Source: the human T2T-CHM13v2.0 reference genome, Homo sapiens. Taken from it: a stretch of DNA of 64,000 nucleotides. The notes under the pieces are model-generated. The model did no database searches and had not been told where the DNA came from. It was given only the letters and a program-made list of their open reading frames with translations. Positions 14,819 to 30,041 of this stretch are shown here, piece after piece (within the stretch, counting starts at the first letter, position 1; each line of letters starts with the position of its first letter). The stretch lies in assembly GCF_009914755.1 (NCBI RefSeq), contig NC_060927.1. One strand, given 5' to 3'. The translations under genes and the position numbers were made by a program.

Positions 14819-14999
14819 CAAGTGGTACAAAACTTTGACCCAAACAAGCGCATCAGCTTTATCTCAGAACTTAGTAGAAATGCAAATTCTCAGCCCCACT
14901 TCAGACCTACTGAATTAAAAACTCTGGGTGGGGCCAGCGTCCTTGTTTCAATGAGCCCTCCAGATGATTCTGATATGCACTGAAATTTGATAACCACTG
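14819..14999. mobile_element. MER5A (hAT-Charlie) DNA transposon
   Basis: tagaaatgcaaattctcagcccc..cagacctactgaat..agccctccagatgattctgat..aaccactg. Confidence 0.85.
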
Positions 15000-15469
15000 T
15001 GCTAGAAAATAAAAAGAAAGATAATACTTTTCAGGAAAGCTTTCTATCCAGAAAATAGTTTCTAGCTATATTAAAGTGACATCTAGGTGTTTAAAATGTG
15101 TAATATCCTCCAAAATACATATTTTTGAAAAACTGAATGACCATTCCCATGTTATGGTCTCTAAACGCTGTAACACTGACAGCCACTGCTCATGTAATGG
15201 CTAAGAGCACTCCCTGTTAGCCTGATGGGGTCGAAATTTCCCCAAGCTGAAGCAGAAGAAATGCTCTTCCTTCCTGGGTCAAAATGAGAGATAGCAAATG
15301 GATTGCAGAGGTAATTTTGCCATGTTTTCTCCTGTTTTGATCTATGGAAACTCTTTAAATAGAGGAAATCTACCTTCTGAAATATAATACCAGCCACAGA
15401 GTTGTGCCACAGAGGCAATACAGAAGACACGATCATGGCATTCAAAATAGAAAACAGAAAGGCACGCAC

Positions 15470-15643
15470 TGTTGTCCTCAGCAAAACAGTGTCTGCTTCT
15501 TGCAAGGGGCATGGGATGCAGTTGGCCCACACTCTCCACTGGGGTCTCCAGTAGAACACCAGCAGAAGGCCCCCACAGGTCAGCACGGATGCGACAAGGC
15601 AGAAGGCTTTCCGTACATTGTGGTCCCGGTAACCAAACACCTC
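15470..15643 (-). CDS. ATP13A5: ATP13A5 coding exon 2 (EVFGYRDHNVRKAFCLV...EADTVLLRTT), P5-ATPase N-terminal domain with hydrophobic Ma segment
   Basis: Acceptor tctccag, donor GTGCGT, 174 nt = 58 codons. Contained in ORF 15161..15688. Confidence 0.96.
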
Positions 15644-18600
15644 CTGGAGAATAAATTTAAAAGATCGCTCTATTTTTCTTTTCTTCACATAAACATATTA
15701 TTTTCTTTCAACAAACCAAACTTGAGATGAAAGAATGTTGGCTGGGAGACAAATCTGGTTATAGGTGGTTAAATCAAGTTGACTGCTTGCAGCTGTCCAC
15801 TGATCAAATCAAAAAAGAAGGACTTATTTTACTACCCTGGTATATGGAACTAAAACATTAAACAGAAAGAGTATGGAAAGGGCAGATTTATTTGCTTCTA
15901 TATATTCATAAGAGTCACCTCAGATTTTTATAAAATACTTCATGTTTTGAGGCAGATTTATTTTCTTTAGGCATTAGTTATTTTAAACATTGTTATGTTT
16001 AAAATACCTAATATTTTAAAATTCCTACAATATGAATTTATTGTAGGAAGATGATAAAATCATGACAGATGTGATCTACACTCATACATCTAGCTTTATC
16101 CATTCAGCTTTGTCTTATAATAACATGATTCAGGACGACGGAAAGTATGAATAAATGTACTATTTTCTAAAACAGTATGTTGATGTAAATTAAGGAATTA
16201 CTCGTGGATATGAAAGACTTTCAAAAAGCAGCTTATATTTATTTACCCTGATAGTAATATGCTAAAATATTTGGACTCTCACTAGTAGGTTAGTCAATAT
16301 TTGTCATAAACTGAATAAAGATTTGAGATTTGATTCTAGAAGGAAAAATTGCCAAACAATAGATTTGCTTATTGAAGGCCAATTCCTAGTTCCCAACTTG
16401 TACAGTGATGTTTCATAGCATTGTTTTTTAAATTTGAAAAGCTAAATTTTCAGTGCATTTTGAAGCCCCTGAGGGATGCTGATTATGAATAATATCTCTA
16501 CTATACTATTATTTTAGGTTCTGCTATTGTTGTTTTTGTGCTTTTTAAAAATATGACTGAACTCTGAATTTTCAGGTCCAGATCACAGGACTATAATGTT
16601 TAGAAACTTAGTTTTTACTAAGTGTCTAGAGCACTTTTGATGCGGGAACATCCTGCATTTTATGCCAGTTTAGATCATGCTATAAAACATCTCTTGGCTT
16701 AAGATTTTTTCCACTGACCCTCAACACTATCATCCACCTGAGAAAAAAGTTCATTAAGTTCAATGAGGCAGCCACTCTATTTTGAGATTATTCAAATAAG
16801 GTTTAAGTTAGAAATATGCATTCACCCTGCTTTTAAGCATGTTTTCTATTGGTTCTCCTCTTTCTCTTTCTGTTCCCTCTGATTCTATAAACCTGCTTTA
16901 GTTTTATTTGTGAATTATAGTTTTATTAGGACCAAGTAAAATGTATATGCCACTTTATATATTATGTCATAAATATACATTCTTTTACCGAGTTATTTAC
17001 AGAAGCTTACTGCCAAAGTCAAAATGTGTGCAAAAATAGAAGCAGGACAATTTGGAATTTTAGTCTAGCTTGTACATGAAATGAGCTCATTCATAAATAA
17101 CTTTCTCTTTTTCTGTTTATTTGTATACAGTAATGGCAATGAAAATCATAATTCTGGTACCCCTTCAGTTCTCTTCTATACAATGTTTTTAAATTAAAAA
17201 ACAAACTCACAATGCTAGTAAGACTGCAATGAAAGCACTACAGCTATATAGTGCTAATAGCCTTGTGAACTGGAATAATTTTTTAGGAAAAGTAAGGTGG
17301 CAAATTGTATCAAGAATTGTAAAGATATTTCTACTCTTTGAATCAGTAATTCTTCATTTGAAAATATGCCCTAATGAAATAATATCTAAATGAGAAAGTT
17401 TTGCATATACAACGTTCAGTGCAGCATTATCTGTAATAGCAAAAACACTGGAAAAACCAAATGACAGCTAATGGTTCAGTAAGTTGTGAATGGAGCATAC
17501 TGTGATGTAGAAACCTGGAGCATACTGTGATACAATGTTAAATGGAGAAAAGAACAAAGAACAAGTAGAATAAATGGGAAACAAGAAGCAACATTATGAA
17601 ATTTAACCCAACTATATTAGTAATTGCATTAAATGCATGCGGCCTTAATGCTATGATTAAAAGCAAAGATTATTAGACTAGATAATAAAAGACCTATCGT
17701 ATACTATTTACAAGAGACACACTTTAAACATAAAGAAGTGGATAGGTTAAAAAGGAAAAGAAGGGGAAAGTATACTGGGCAAACAGTGGAAGAAAGCTGA
17801 TATCGCTGTATTACTATCACACAAATTATATTTCTTTAAGGATAGTTAAGAAAAAAATACTATGAGAGAAAAGGAAGGATATTTCATAAGCTAAAAGATC
17901 AATTCAACAGGAGGACATAACAATCCCAAATTTTTGCACATCTAAAAAACATAGTTTTAAAAATTATAAAGAAAAATTGATAGAATTTAAATCTACTCTC
18001 ATCATTGGAGATTTTAGCACATCCCCCCTCTCAATAACCAGCAGAATAAGCAGACAAAACACTCAGTAGGAATGCAGGAAGTCTGAACACCTCCACTAGC
18101 TACATTGATCTAATTGACAAATACAGAAAATTACAGCCAACAACTGCAGAATTCAAATAGTTTTCAAGTACACATAGAATACTTACCTAAACTGAGCACA
18201 TTCTGAGACATAAAGTATGATGACATTACAATTAAACTAGAAATTAAAAACAGAATAACTTAAAAATTCCCAAATATTTGGAAAGTAAACAACATATTTT
18301 GAAATAACACAGGTAAGTCAAATAAAAAATTACAATAAATATTAGGAAATCATTCGAACTGAATGAAAATGAAAATTGAGAAATAAACATTCATGGAATG
18401 CAATGAAGATAATCCTTACATAGACATTTACAGCTTTAGCTGCAAATCTTAGTAAAGAGAAAAAGTTTTGAAATCAATAAACTAAGCCTCCAACTCAAGA
18501 AGTTATAGAAACAAAAGCAAATTAAACCCCAAAAAAGTAAGGAAAAGATTATAAAGATGAGTGCAGAAATAAGACAGAAAGTAGAAATACAACACAATAG

Positions 18601-19754
18601 AGAGAAACAGCAAAGTCAAATTGGTACCCTGAAAAGATTAATAACATTGATAAACTCATCAATAAATACGAATATTTTGTGTTTATTACAGAAAATTAAT
18701 ATGCAATTTAAAAGCTCCCTGCAAAGAAATCGTCAAGCCCAGAGAACTTGTGATTCCTTTGAAATATTTAAGATAGAAATGATACTATTCTTTTACAAAC
18801 CTCTTTATAAGTAGAAGAGATGAAAATTCTCCCAATTTGTTTTATGAAGCCAGCATACTCAGACACCAAACTCTGATAAATATGTTGCAAGCAAGGAAAA
18901 TTGCAGGCTAAGCCCTGTCATGAACATAGATAAAATAATTCTAAAATAGATTATCTAACTAAATCAATGATATATTAAAAGTTTAGTACATCACTACCAA
19001 ATAATGTTTGTCCTAGAAATGCAAGGATTTAAAAATCAGTCAATGTACTTTGCCATTCCATGCACTTCAATATTCAGAAGGAAACTCAGAAGGCCATCTC
19101 AATAGATAGAGAAAAAGACTTATACAATTCTACACCAATACATGATTTAAAAAATTCTCAACAAGTTAAAAATAGATGAGAACATCTTTAAGCAACATCA
19201 TGTGTAATGATGAAATAGTGAATATTTTCCCACTTAAGTTACAACCAAAATGAGATTGTCAACAATCACTACTAATATTTATCAGTACAGTACTAGAAGT
19301 CTTAACCAGTGCAACGCAAGAAATAGAGAAAGAAAGAGGGAAGGGAAGGAAAGGGAAGGGGAGGGGAGGGGAGGGGAAGGGAGGGGAATAACAATTGAAA
19401 ACAAGAACTAAACTCTATGTGTAGATAATGTGGAAAAATATCCAAAAGAATATACAAAGTATAAGAGTTAATAAGTGAATTTATTCAGATTGCTGGATAC
19501 CAGGTCAATATAGGAGAACCAATTGTGTTTGTATATATTAGTAACAAACAATTTGAAAATTAATTAAATACCATTTATAATACCTTCAAAGAAAGAAATT
19601 GATTACCTTGTAATAATTCTAACAAAGTTGTACAAGACATCTAAACTGAAAAGTACATATCATCGCCAAGAGAAAGTAAAGACCTAAATAAACGAAGAGC
19701 TGTATTAAGTTTGGGGATTAGCCATTAGTAATCCAATTTAAAATCTCTTCAGAC

Positions 19755-19755
<1 letters not shown>

Positions 19756-19799
<44 letters not shown>
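19756..19799. repeat. (TG)n microsatellite, about 22 units
   Basis: Visible directly. Confidence 0.97.
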
Positions 19800-19800
<1 letters not shown>

Positions 19801-20338
19801 TAATTGACAACTTGGCTCTAAAATTGGAATGGAAATGCAAAGGATGTAGGATAGTCAAGACAATTTTTGAAACGAATAAATGTGGAAGAATTATGCCACC
19901 ATAAGTGAAGGCTTACCACAAAGCCACAGTAATTAAGAAAATGAGGTATACACACAAGTATAAACAAACAGAGCAACAAAACAAAGTCCAAAAAGAGACT
20001 CAAACATATGATTTCTTCACTTGCAAGAAAGGAGCCACTGCAATCTGTGTGGGAAAGGGTGATTTGCTCAACAAACAGTGCCAGAGCAAAACGAATAGCG
20101 CTGGAAAATAAATGAGTACAATCCCCCCACCGCCCCACCCCACTGGTTTGTACCATATACAAAAATTCATTTGAGATGGCACAAATATGTAAATGTGACA
20201 ACTGAAACAATAAATCATCTGAAAGAAACCATAGGATGAATTATTCTATGAACCTCAAGTAGGCAAATGTTTCTTAAACAGAAAATAAAAAGAAAGACAA
20301 AACAAATGTACTTGACTTTGTTAAAATTAAAAGCTTCT

Positions 20339-20664
20339 GGCTGGGCACAGTGTCTCACACCTGTAATCCCAGTGCTTTGGGAAGCTGAGGCTGGAGGATT
20401 GCTTGAGGCCAGGAGTTCAAGACCAGCCTGAGCAACATAGAAATACGCTGTCTCTACAATTTTTTTTTTAATTAGCCAGCAATGGTGGTGCACACCTGTT
20501 GTCCCAGTTCCTCAGGAGGCAGAGGTGGGAGGATCGCTTGAGCCCAGGAGTTCAGGGCTTTAGTGAGCCATAATTGCACCACTTCCACTCAGGCAACAGT
20601 GAGACCCTGTCTCTACTGTCTCTAAGTTTTTAAAAAATATATAGAAATGAATTTTAAAAGTAAA
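20339..20664 (+). mobile_element. Alu (AluJ-like) with decayed tail
   Basis: Alu consensus; TSD aaaattaaaag(c/t)ttc. Confidence 0.9.
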
Positions 20665-20703
20665 GAAAATTAAAAGTTTCAGTTGATTAAAAGGTCTCTG
20701 AAG

Positions 20704-20832
20704 AGGCCAAGCATGGTGGCTCATGCTGTAATCCCAGCACTTTGGGAGGCCAAGATGGGAGGATCGTTTGAGCCCAGGAGTTCAAGACAATTTGAGATAA
20801 GATTTGGGTGGGGACACAGCCAAATTATGTCA
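20704..20832. mobile_element. Alu left-arm fragment (+) fused to a THE1/MST LTR terminus (-)
   Basis: About 85 nt of Alu 5' end followed directly by agatttgggtggggacacagccaaattatgtca. Confidence 0.75.
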
Positions 20833-22758
20833 CACAGTATATGTATTTATTTTGACCAACTAATTGAGAGGAAAATTAGATTGTATAAATGATTATTCTT
20901 CTGATGTAGTCAGAGTCACTCAGATTTTTTCTGAATATTTACACACCCCCAGTAAAATCCACTGAGAAATGCAGGGTAGAGGAGAGAGCCAGGAGCAATG
21001 TTTGTACCATAAAAGGAAAATTAATAGTATCCAGAGGTGGTGTTAATGTAAAGATACTGGAAATGGGATGAAAGTGTCTGAATCTCAAACCCGTTATACA
21101 TGGTTCCTTGTAGTAAAGTGAGTTTTGCCACCTATTACCTGTGAGCTGAGGATTTAACTTCTCTAATCTCAGTTTCCATCTCTGTACTTAGGGGAATATT
21201 AATAGCATACACCTGGAAAAACAATGCGGCTTAAAGAGAGGTGTAAGGTGTTGAGAGAAAAAGCAGCTCAGTCAATGATAACAGGTGATTTTATAGTAGG
21301 TTCAGTCACAGGAGGAAAGAGGTGACTATTTCAGCTTTTAGTTGCAATATACTGGATCAAGACCGGTAATAGAAACAGCCTGTGTTCCATGAGGCCAGGA
21401 ACCCAGATCTGCCACCTGTTAGTTGAGTTGAATAGCACAGAAATTGTGCCCATCTTCACACAGGCTTGATTTGTATTCTGTCTAAGCAGTGGTGTTCCTT
21501 TACATTTTTGTTTCCTATAGAATTCTGAAAGAGGTACCACAGCCCTAACAGTCTTTTTCTAGGCCCAGAATACAAAGGAAGCAGTCTGGATTAGGAATAA
21601 CAGTGAAATATGCATGCGCTTTTTCACAGAGGTTATTGCCATAAATCGCAACTTAGAGCCAGGCTTCCCTTCCAGGTCTGACACCAGAACCTCTTTTCTT
21701 TATACCCCACCCTGTTGCCTTCTAGAACCTCTCACTTCTGCCCTTTGCTCCACTATTTACCAGCTGTGATTTAAACTTGCTGAACTTCAGATTTTTCGTG
21801 TGAAAAATGTGACTGCTTGTAAAATGCATCAGAAGTAGTTTGGTGCAGCAGTTAAAAGCTGAGGATATGGCATGGGAAAACCAAGTTCAAATCACACCTC
21901 TACCACGTAACCATATATAAGACTTTGGCAACCCACTTTACTTCTGATGCCTTAATTTCCTCCTCCACAGATGAGAATAATAACAGTCACTATTGTCTAG
22001 GGTTATTGTTAGAAACCAATAAGATATGATGTCTTGAATCCCTTTTACTTTTATCTATATTTGACAATAAGAACTAATTGAGTGTATTTGATGATAAGAT
22101 CCTTCTGAGTACTTATTAGGTGTTATTTAATTCTCACCACAACCCTATGAAATAGGCATTATTATTTACTAAAATAAGTATTAACATTTATAAATTATTT
22201 GTAGAACAAAAACAGTCTTGGAAATGTATGTTCAAAATAAATACTAAATCATTCAGTCTGGAGTAAGAAAAACTTTTCACTATCTAGCAGTGTGATTCGA
22301 AACCCAATACAAAAGAGATGAACATATCCCACTCTTGGCTACAGGTATTCCCATAATTTCAGCTGGCACTACCATAACAAGAGTGCTAACATATAGTCCT
22401 CCTGCAAGTGAAAGTGCAACTAAGGACCTTTGTTTGGTGAGGCTAACAGCAGAGAGCTATAAGTGTGGGTCAAAAGATGATGAGATGCCTGGCCCAAGTA
22501 GCAAGAACAATTTCTGAAAACAGAATTTGCCCTAGATCAAGGGCATGGAACAACATGGCAAGTTCGGTTAAAAGTCATTTGTAAAATAAGAGCATTGTTA
22601 ACCAGGGAGGGAGTCTCAGAGATTATTTGGTTCAAATTTCTCTCTAGGAAAAAACAGCTATACAGTGTTCTTTGCAGATGAGCATCTATCGTCTGCTTAA
22701 GAGGGGCTTTTCGTTGCCTTACAGGGCTGCATACTCTCTTGTTGGACAGCTGTGATGG

Positions 22759-23737
<979 letters not shown>

Positions 23738-24520
23738 CTACCAACCCCTACTTTTGTTCTCCACAGCAGCCTCTCAACTCTTGGAAGACAAACATTATGA
23801 CTGTTCTTTGGGAAACTGTTTCTAATTTCTTTTAAACAGTTCTTACTTATGATACGCAGATATTCCTCCAAATACACTATACTTCTTGAAATTTCTCTCT
23901 AAGTATGAGTTTTAGAATTAAATGTAACTTCCTAGATTTTTCCTAAAAAAATACAGATTATGGCAGAATTTTATTTATTTCTTCTATTCTGCAGAACAGG
24001 CTTTTACTAAGGCATTCCAGGGCTAATTTTTTATAGCTACATCACATTGGCAAATAAAATTCAGCACATCAAATAAAGCACTTCAATTACTTTTTCATGT
24101 ACAACTACCAAACCCAAGTCACTGATACCCTCACCTTGTTTTTTGAAAATAACTTAAAACAAAAACTCAATAATGAGGTCTGTTACATTGCATCTTGCCA
24201 ATTTCTCACCTACAATCCAGCCTAGAGAAATTTTTGAATCTTGATTCTGTCACCTATATTGTTGTTCTTCCCTTATAGCTAGGTGTCAGTTGAAGATTGA
24301 TAAGCTTACCTTTACCTCATTCAACCTGATAATATACATGTTGACTGAAAACAGGAGAGAGCCAACAGGGCTGACTTTCAGTTTCAATTTTTACTTTTCG
24401 GTTTTAATCCTTTGAGTGGTTTTTTTGGGGGGAAGTTCTTTATTGGAGGACGACCTTGTGTATGTAAGATACATTACATTGTATATGTAAAATAATCTAC
24501 ATGTTTAAAATTCCTGATTT

Positions 24521-24826
<306 letters not shown>

Positions 24827-25656
24827 AATTCTTGATTTTTTTTTAACAACTCATCACATATTACTTGTTTTCTCAATGATAGCCTCAAACAATGATCATT
24901 CTTTACATCTTAACCAGAAAAAAGAGAAATATCCTCAACACCAATCTCACTTAACATATGTATTCCTGCATTTTCTAATTATTTTTGCACTTTGTAACTC
25001 TTGATCCCTTGTACATAAATGAACCACTTATTTTTCATAGCCCTTTCCATATCTTGCATGTGGCCCTCACAAAACTTGTGAGTCAGGAGAGCTAGTGGTA
25101 TTGTTCTTAGGTAAAGAGTCAAGGCCAAAGAGGTGTCCACAACCACATGGTTAGCAGCTGAGCCTAGACTAAAGCCCAGGTTTGCTCTCTCAGAGTCCAG
25201 GGCTCTGCCACTGTTCAGCAGAAGAAAATTACTTCGAAGCAAAATGCACCTTTGTCAGTTCTGTTTTGTCCACACCAAGCAGCCATTTTGCCTTCTGGGG
25301 CTGCTGTGATGTGTAATTTTGACATTTTGTTGGTGGGTGTCTGTGCAGAAGGGGAACACAGATGGAATTGCTGGGCTTTGCAACTGATATGAATGAAGCA
25401 GCACTTGTGGCTCCAGTGGGGTCAGAATCAAAGTCATCTTCAGAAAGCAAATGCAGCCTGTGGTCACGGGAGCTGCTGAAACAGAGGCTGATATGCACAC
25501 AGTGTGCCTCCAGACAAACCAGGCTGAGAAGAGCAGTCATGATTATTTTTCCTCCCAGCAGGGTAAAATGATAAAATAATACCTATCGGTCATTGAGAAC
25601 GTTCCAGCCTTCCTATGGAGGTTCCAGTGGTCAGGAGATAATCTGTGCATGTATTT

Positions 25657-25663
25657 GCACACA

Positions 25664-25698
<35 letters not shown>
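25657..25698. repeat. (CA)n(GA)n compound microsatellite
   Basis: Visible directly. Confidence 0.95.
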
Positions 25699-25743
25699 GA
25701 AAGATTCCATGGGTGCATAAGTGTGGGAAATAAGGTGCATTGT

Positions 25744-26478
<735 letters not shown>

Positions 26479-27609
26479 AATATACTCAAGATTTGAGAAG
26501 CCCTGCTGTTACCTGCGTACCCGTTTCACCCAGTATTTCTCAAACCTGATAGGGAAGGAGAACAGGGAAACTTCTTATATAATACCTACTGCAGAAGATA
26601 TGTTTAGAAAAGCTGTATTACCTCATTTAATCCTCACCACAATCCCAAATGGTAGGTATTAGAGAGGTCAAATAACTTGCCTAACAGAACTAGAATTCAA
26701 CCCAGGTCAGCCTGAAGCCAAATCCCATTCCATTAAGTATGGAGCTATATAACCTGGAGGCTTCAGATTTATTTCGGGTCTTATGTTTTGAAGGCTCCTG
26801 TGGGCTCTTAGTGAAGCTATGGGTCCTGAGACCTCTGGAGAAGACAAGAAAAACTGACTGCAAATGGAGAGGCTGAGGGAAACACCTGGGCAGGGCAGAT
26901 TTTTAGGAAAAAGGCAGGTGAAGAAAAGGAACCTATTAGAGCTAGATAGTAGTGAGGAGGGTGGGAAGTGGATGGGAGTAGGTTGGAAAAAACAATAAAG
27001 ACCTGTACAGTGAGAATATTGATTGCAGGGCTGTTGTAAAGTTTTGGGTAAAATGAAAACCTGTGTGTCAAGCACCTAGTACCGCACCATGCCCAGGACA
27101 GTAAGCACTACCAGGATGAGAACAGGAGATGGGAATGATAACAGGGTTCAGCTCTAGAGGCCAGTGCAAGGCTTTATCTCCATGCTGAGCTCAGCAGAAT
27201 CACGCAAGACTGAGCTTGCATAATCTCACAGCATCGCCCCTCCATCCACTTAGGCTCTTCATGGGTGTTTGATTGAAGGAGTTCATTATTTGCCTCGACT
27301 GTCTCTAATTTTTACCACAGTGACTCTCACGATCACAACGGATTGTTCACTTGAAATAATGAATGCGAGTAGAAGTTAGACCGGGCCACAGGGAATCTTC
27401 GGGGAAGGAAGAGCAAGTGGGGCGAGGCTGTCAACATCAGAGAGCGACAGCCCCCAAGGCTGGGACTAAACCATGCCCAGGTTTACTTTGACCTACTGAT
27501 TGTTTTCAAAAGATGAATTTGTTTTCAAAATTTATCATCAGGCTACATCACATAAAAAGTCAGATTTCTGGCTTCCCTCGATTTATTTATTTTTTACCTT
27601 TTAGATTTA

Positions 27610-27770
27610 AAAACATCTATTTCTAGAGTCTGGGAAGTCCAAGATCAAGGTGCTGGCAGATCCAGTGTCTGATGAGGACCCTCCTTCTGGTGCATAGACT
27701 GCCATCTTTTCTCTGTGCCCTCACATGGTAGAAGGGACAAGGGAGATCTCTAGGTTCTCTTTTCTTTTAT
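27610..27770 (-). mobile_element. MLT1A-type LTR fragment, part of a composite insertion
   Basis: ctgggaagtccaagatcaaggtgctggcagat...cctcacatggtagaaggg. Confidence 0.8.
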
Positions 27771-27895
27771 TTATAAGAAAAACAGGCTTTTGCTATGTTA
27801 ACCAGACTGGTCTTGAACTTCTGGCCTCAAGAGATCTTCCCACCTTAGCCTCCCAAAGTGCTGGGATTACAGGCATGAGCCACCATGCCTGGCCA
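27770..27895 (-). mobile_element. Alu monomer (FLAM/left-arm-like)
   Basis: cctcccaaagtgctgggattacaggcatgagccaccatgcctggcc; flanked by agg(t/gg)tctcttttctttt duplications. Confidence 0.85.
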
Positions 27896-27904
27896 GGGGT
27901 CTCT

Positions 27905-28121
27905 TTTCTTTTTTTAATTTCCAACTTTTATTTTAAGTTCAGGGGTACATGCGCAGGATGTGCAGGTTTGATACATAGGTAAAAGTGTGCCATAGTGGTT
28001 TGCCGCACAGATTGACCCATCACCTAGGTGTTAAGCCCAGCATCCATTAGCTATTCTTCCTGATGCTCTCCCTTCTCCCATCTCCCACCTTCTGATAGGC
28101 CCCAGTATGTGTTGTTCCCCA
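27905..28121 (-). mobile_element. 5'-truncated L1PA (older L1PA subfamily) 3' end
   Basis: ttttattttaagttcaggggtacat..gtgcaggtttg..acataggtaaa..catccattagctattcttcctgatgctctccc. Confidence 0.9.
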
Positions 28122-28689
28122 TCCGGCTTCCTTCTAAAAGGCTAGCAATTGCAAGATCAGTTCAGCAATTGCCTGGAGCTAAGTCACAGCTTCCACAGTT
28201 CGGTCACCCCAGCTCCCTCAGGCCTAGCGGAGTCTGTGGATTACCTGATCAACCAGAATAGGATTTGCATCTGTGCTCTACGCCCCAGAATTCTGAAAAA
28301 GAAATCTAGAGCCATCTCCCCTTCCCCACAATGAGTTAAGCTTACTTGGATTCCTAATAGACATTTCTGGTGAGTGTCTGTAAAAGGGTTTGATCACCTG
28401 CAAAAATGAAGAAAACTGGGGCACCTGGCTCATTATTTAATCCTATGATACCAATGTCCTGTTTGTGAGTGAGAGAATTAAAGTATCAGGCTATAAACTT
28501 TACAAATAAAGCAACTAGTTAGAGAAGAATAAAGAGCAATGTAATTTTTCATGCACTCTTATCTACATGTTGAAAACATCAGAGCTAACAGAATTGTTCA
28601 GCAGTGAACACAGGTGAATAGATTTTCATTCTTTAAAAGCTTTAATTCTGAAGATTTTAAAGTGCTGTGCTATTGTCAAGCTTAGCGTG

Positions 28690-28985
28690 CTACAATAATG
28701 CAAGCCACAAATATGAGCTGCCTTCTTAATATTAACGTTCCTAGCAGCCACATTAAAGATGTAAAGAGAAGCAGGTGAAATTTTTACCTAAGCTATCTAA
28801 AATATTGTCATTTCAATGTGTAAACAATATAAAAATTATTAATAAGATGTTTTACTTTTTTTTACTAAATTCTTCAAAATCTGGTGCATATTTTACACAT
28901 AAAGCATATTTTGTGTGGACTAGCTACTTTTCTAGTGCTCAGAAACTACACGTGGCCCATGGCTGCCTTATTGAACAACATAGAT
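28690..28985. mobile_element. MER33-like hAT-Charlie DNA transposon
   Basis: ctagcagccacattaaa..gcaggtgaaatt..tcatttcaatgtgtaa..gtgctcag..cacgtggcccatggctgcc. Confidence 0.7.
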
Positions 28986-30041
28986 GTAGATGAAATCATA
29001 TGTTTTCCTTAGAGTAGCAAACAGGGATAGGTGGAGGGAGAGCCGGTATGGATTTGCCCCAGATCTCACAGGGAACCAGGATGCCAGCCAGGAAACTGAC
29101 ATCATTCTAATCTACAAACCATGTTCTCCAAGTTCTTTGGGGCCCCCAAATGTGCCCTCACTCTGACCCTTCCCCTGTCTGTCTCTGTCTCCTTTCTTCA
29201 TTGTCTAGCTGGAGCCACTGTTGTATGGTGAACAGCACAGGATGTGGAGAAGGAGTCGGCTGGATTCCCAGCCTGTCCCTTGCAGGCTAATGACCTTGGG
29301 CAAGTTATTTAACCTCCCTGGTCTCAGATTTCTTTTCAATTAAATAGGATTAGTTCTTTCATCACTGAGGTCTGAGGATTATATAAAATCATAAATATAA
29401 ACACCTCAGCACCAAATAAACACTATAGTTTTCAACTTTTTAATTATTATTTTTAAATGTGTGTGTGTGTGTGTGTGTTTGATGAAAACAAGAGTGGGGA
29501 AAAAATTGGAGACATGAGAAATGTTTAAAATATGTGTTAAAAATCCCAGGCCACATTCTACTCCTTCTTTAGTAATTGATGCTTAAAACTTCTCTCTGCG
29601 CTTATAAAAAGCATGACTTCAGCCCAGAGCCCCCTAAGCCTAGGTTATGCATACACACCCAAAGCATGAGAATAAAAAAGAGTTCTTGTTTTCAATAGAG
29701 TTTGTTCCATCACATAGCAATCCAGATAATAAGGGGGAGACACCCCACTGAGCACCATGCGGGGCTCTGCAAATACTGTAAATGTGCGAGGAAACATCAC
29801 AGGTTCATATGAAGATGGCAAGAATTCTATCATCCAGAGGTCACAAGTTTCTCAGCCCCTGCAGGTTTCCCCACAATAAAATGGTGCTTTGCAGCCCTTA
29901 AGGAACCTTACCAGACTGAAACCTTTCAAGGTCCTAAAGCCTGAAGCATAAATGCTACACTCTATTTTCTAATTCAGCTGTAGCCCATACTCACCGCCTT
30001 GGGCTCTTTGAGAAGACTAATAAAATAAAGGGAAGACTCAC

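Larger units (their letters stand above)
17540..20700 (+). mobile_element. Degenerate L1M ORF2 fragment (endonuclease/RT remnants), interrupted by AluJ
   Basis: L1 ORF2-like motifs (ctatttacaagagacacactt, attggagattttagcac, ttttatgaagccagcat, atctcaatagatagagaaaaag) with many stops. Confidence 0.85.

Noticed and set aside
15161-15688. 175-aa ORF as a stand-alone gene
   Set aside because: It is ATP13A5 exon 2 plus open flanking intron. Only 15470-15643 has splice sites and P5-ATPase homology.
17491-17531. 16-bp direct repeat tggagcatactgtgat with a 9-nt spacer
   Set aside because: Small local duplication at an L1 fragment junction; no functional indication.
18557-20210. ORFs in the L1M region
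   Set aside because: Short remnants or antisense readings of a heavily mutated L1 ORF2; no intact RT or endonuclease.
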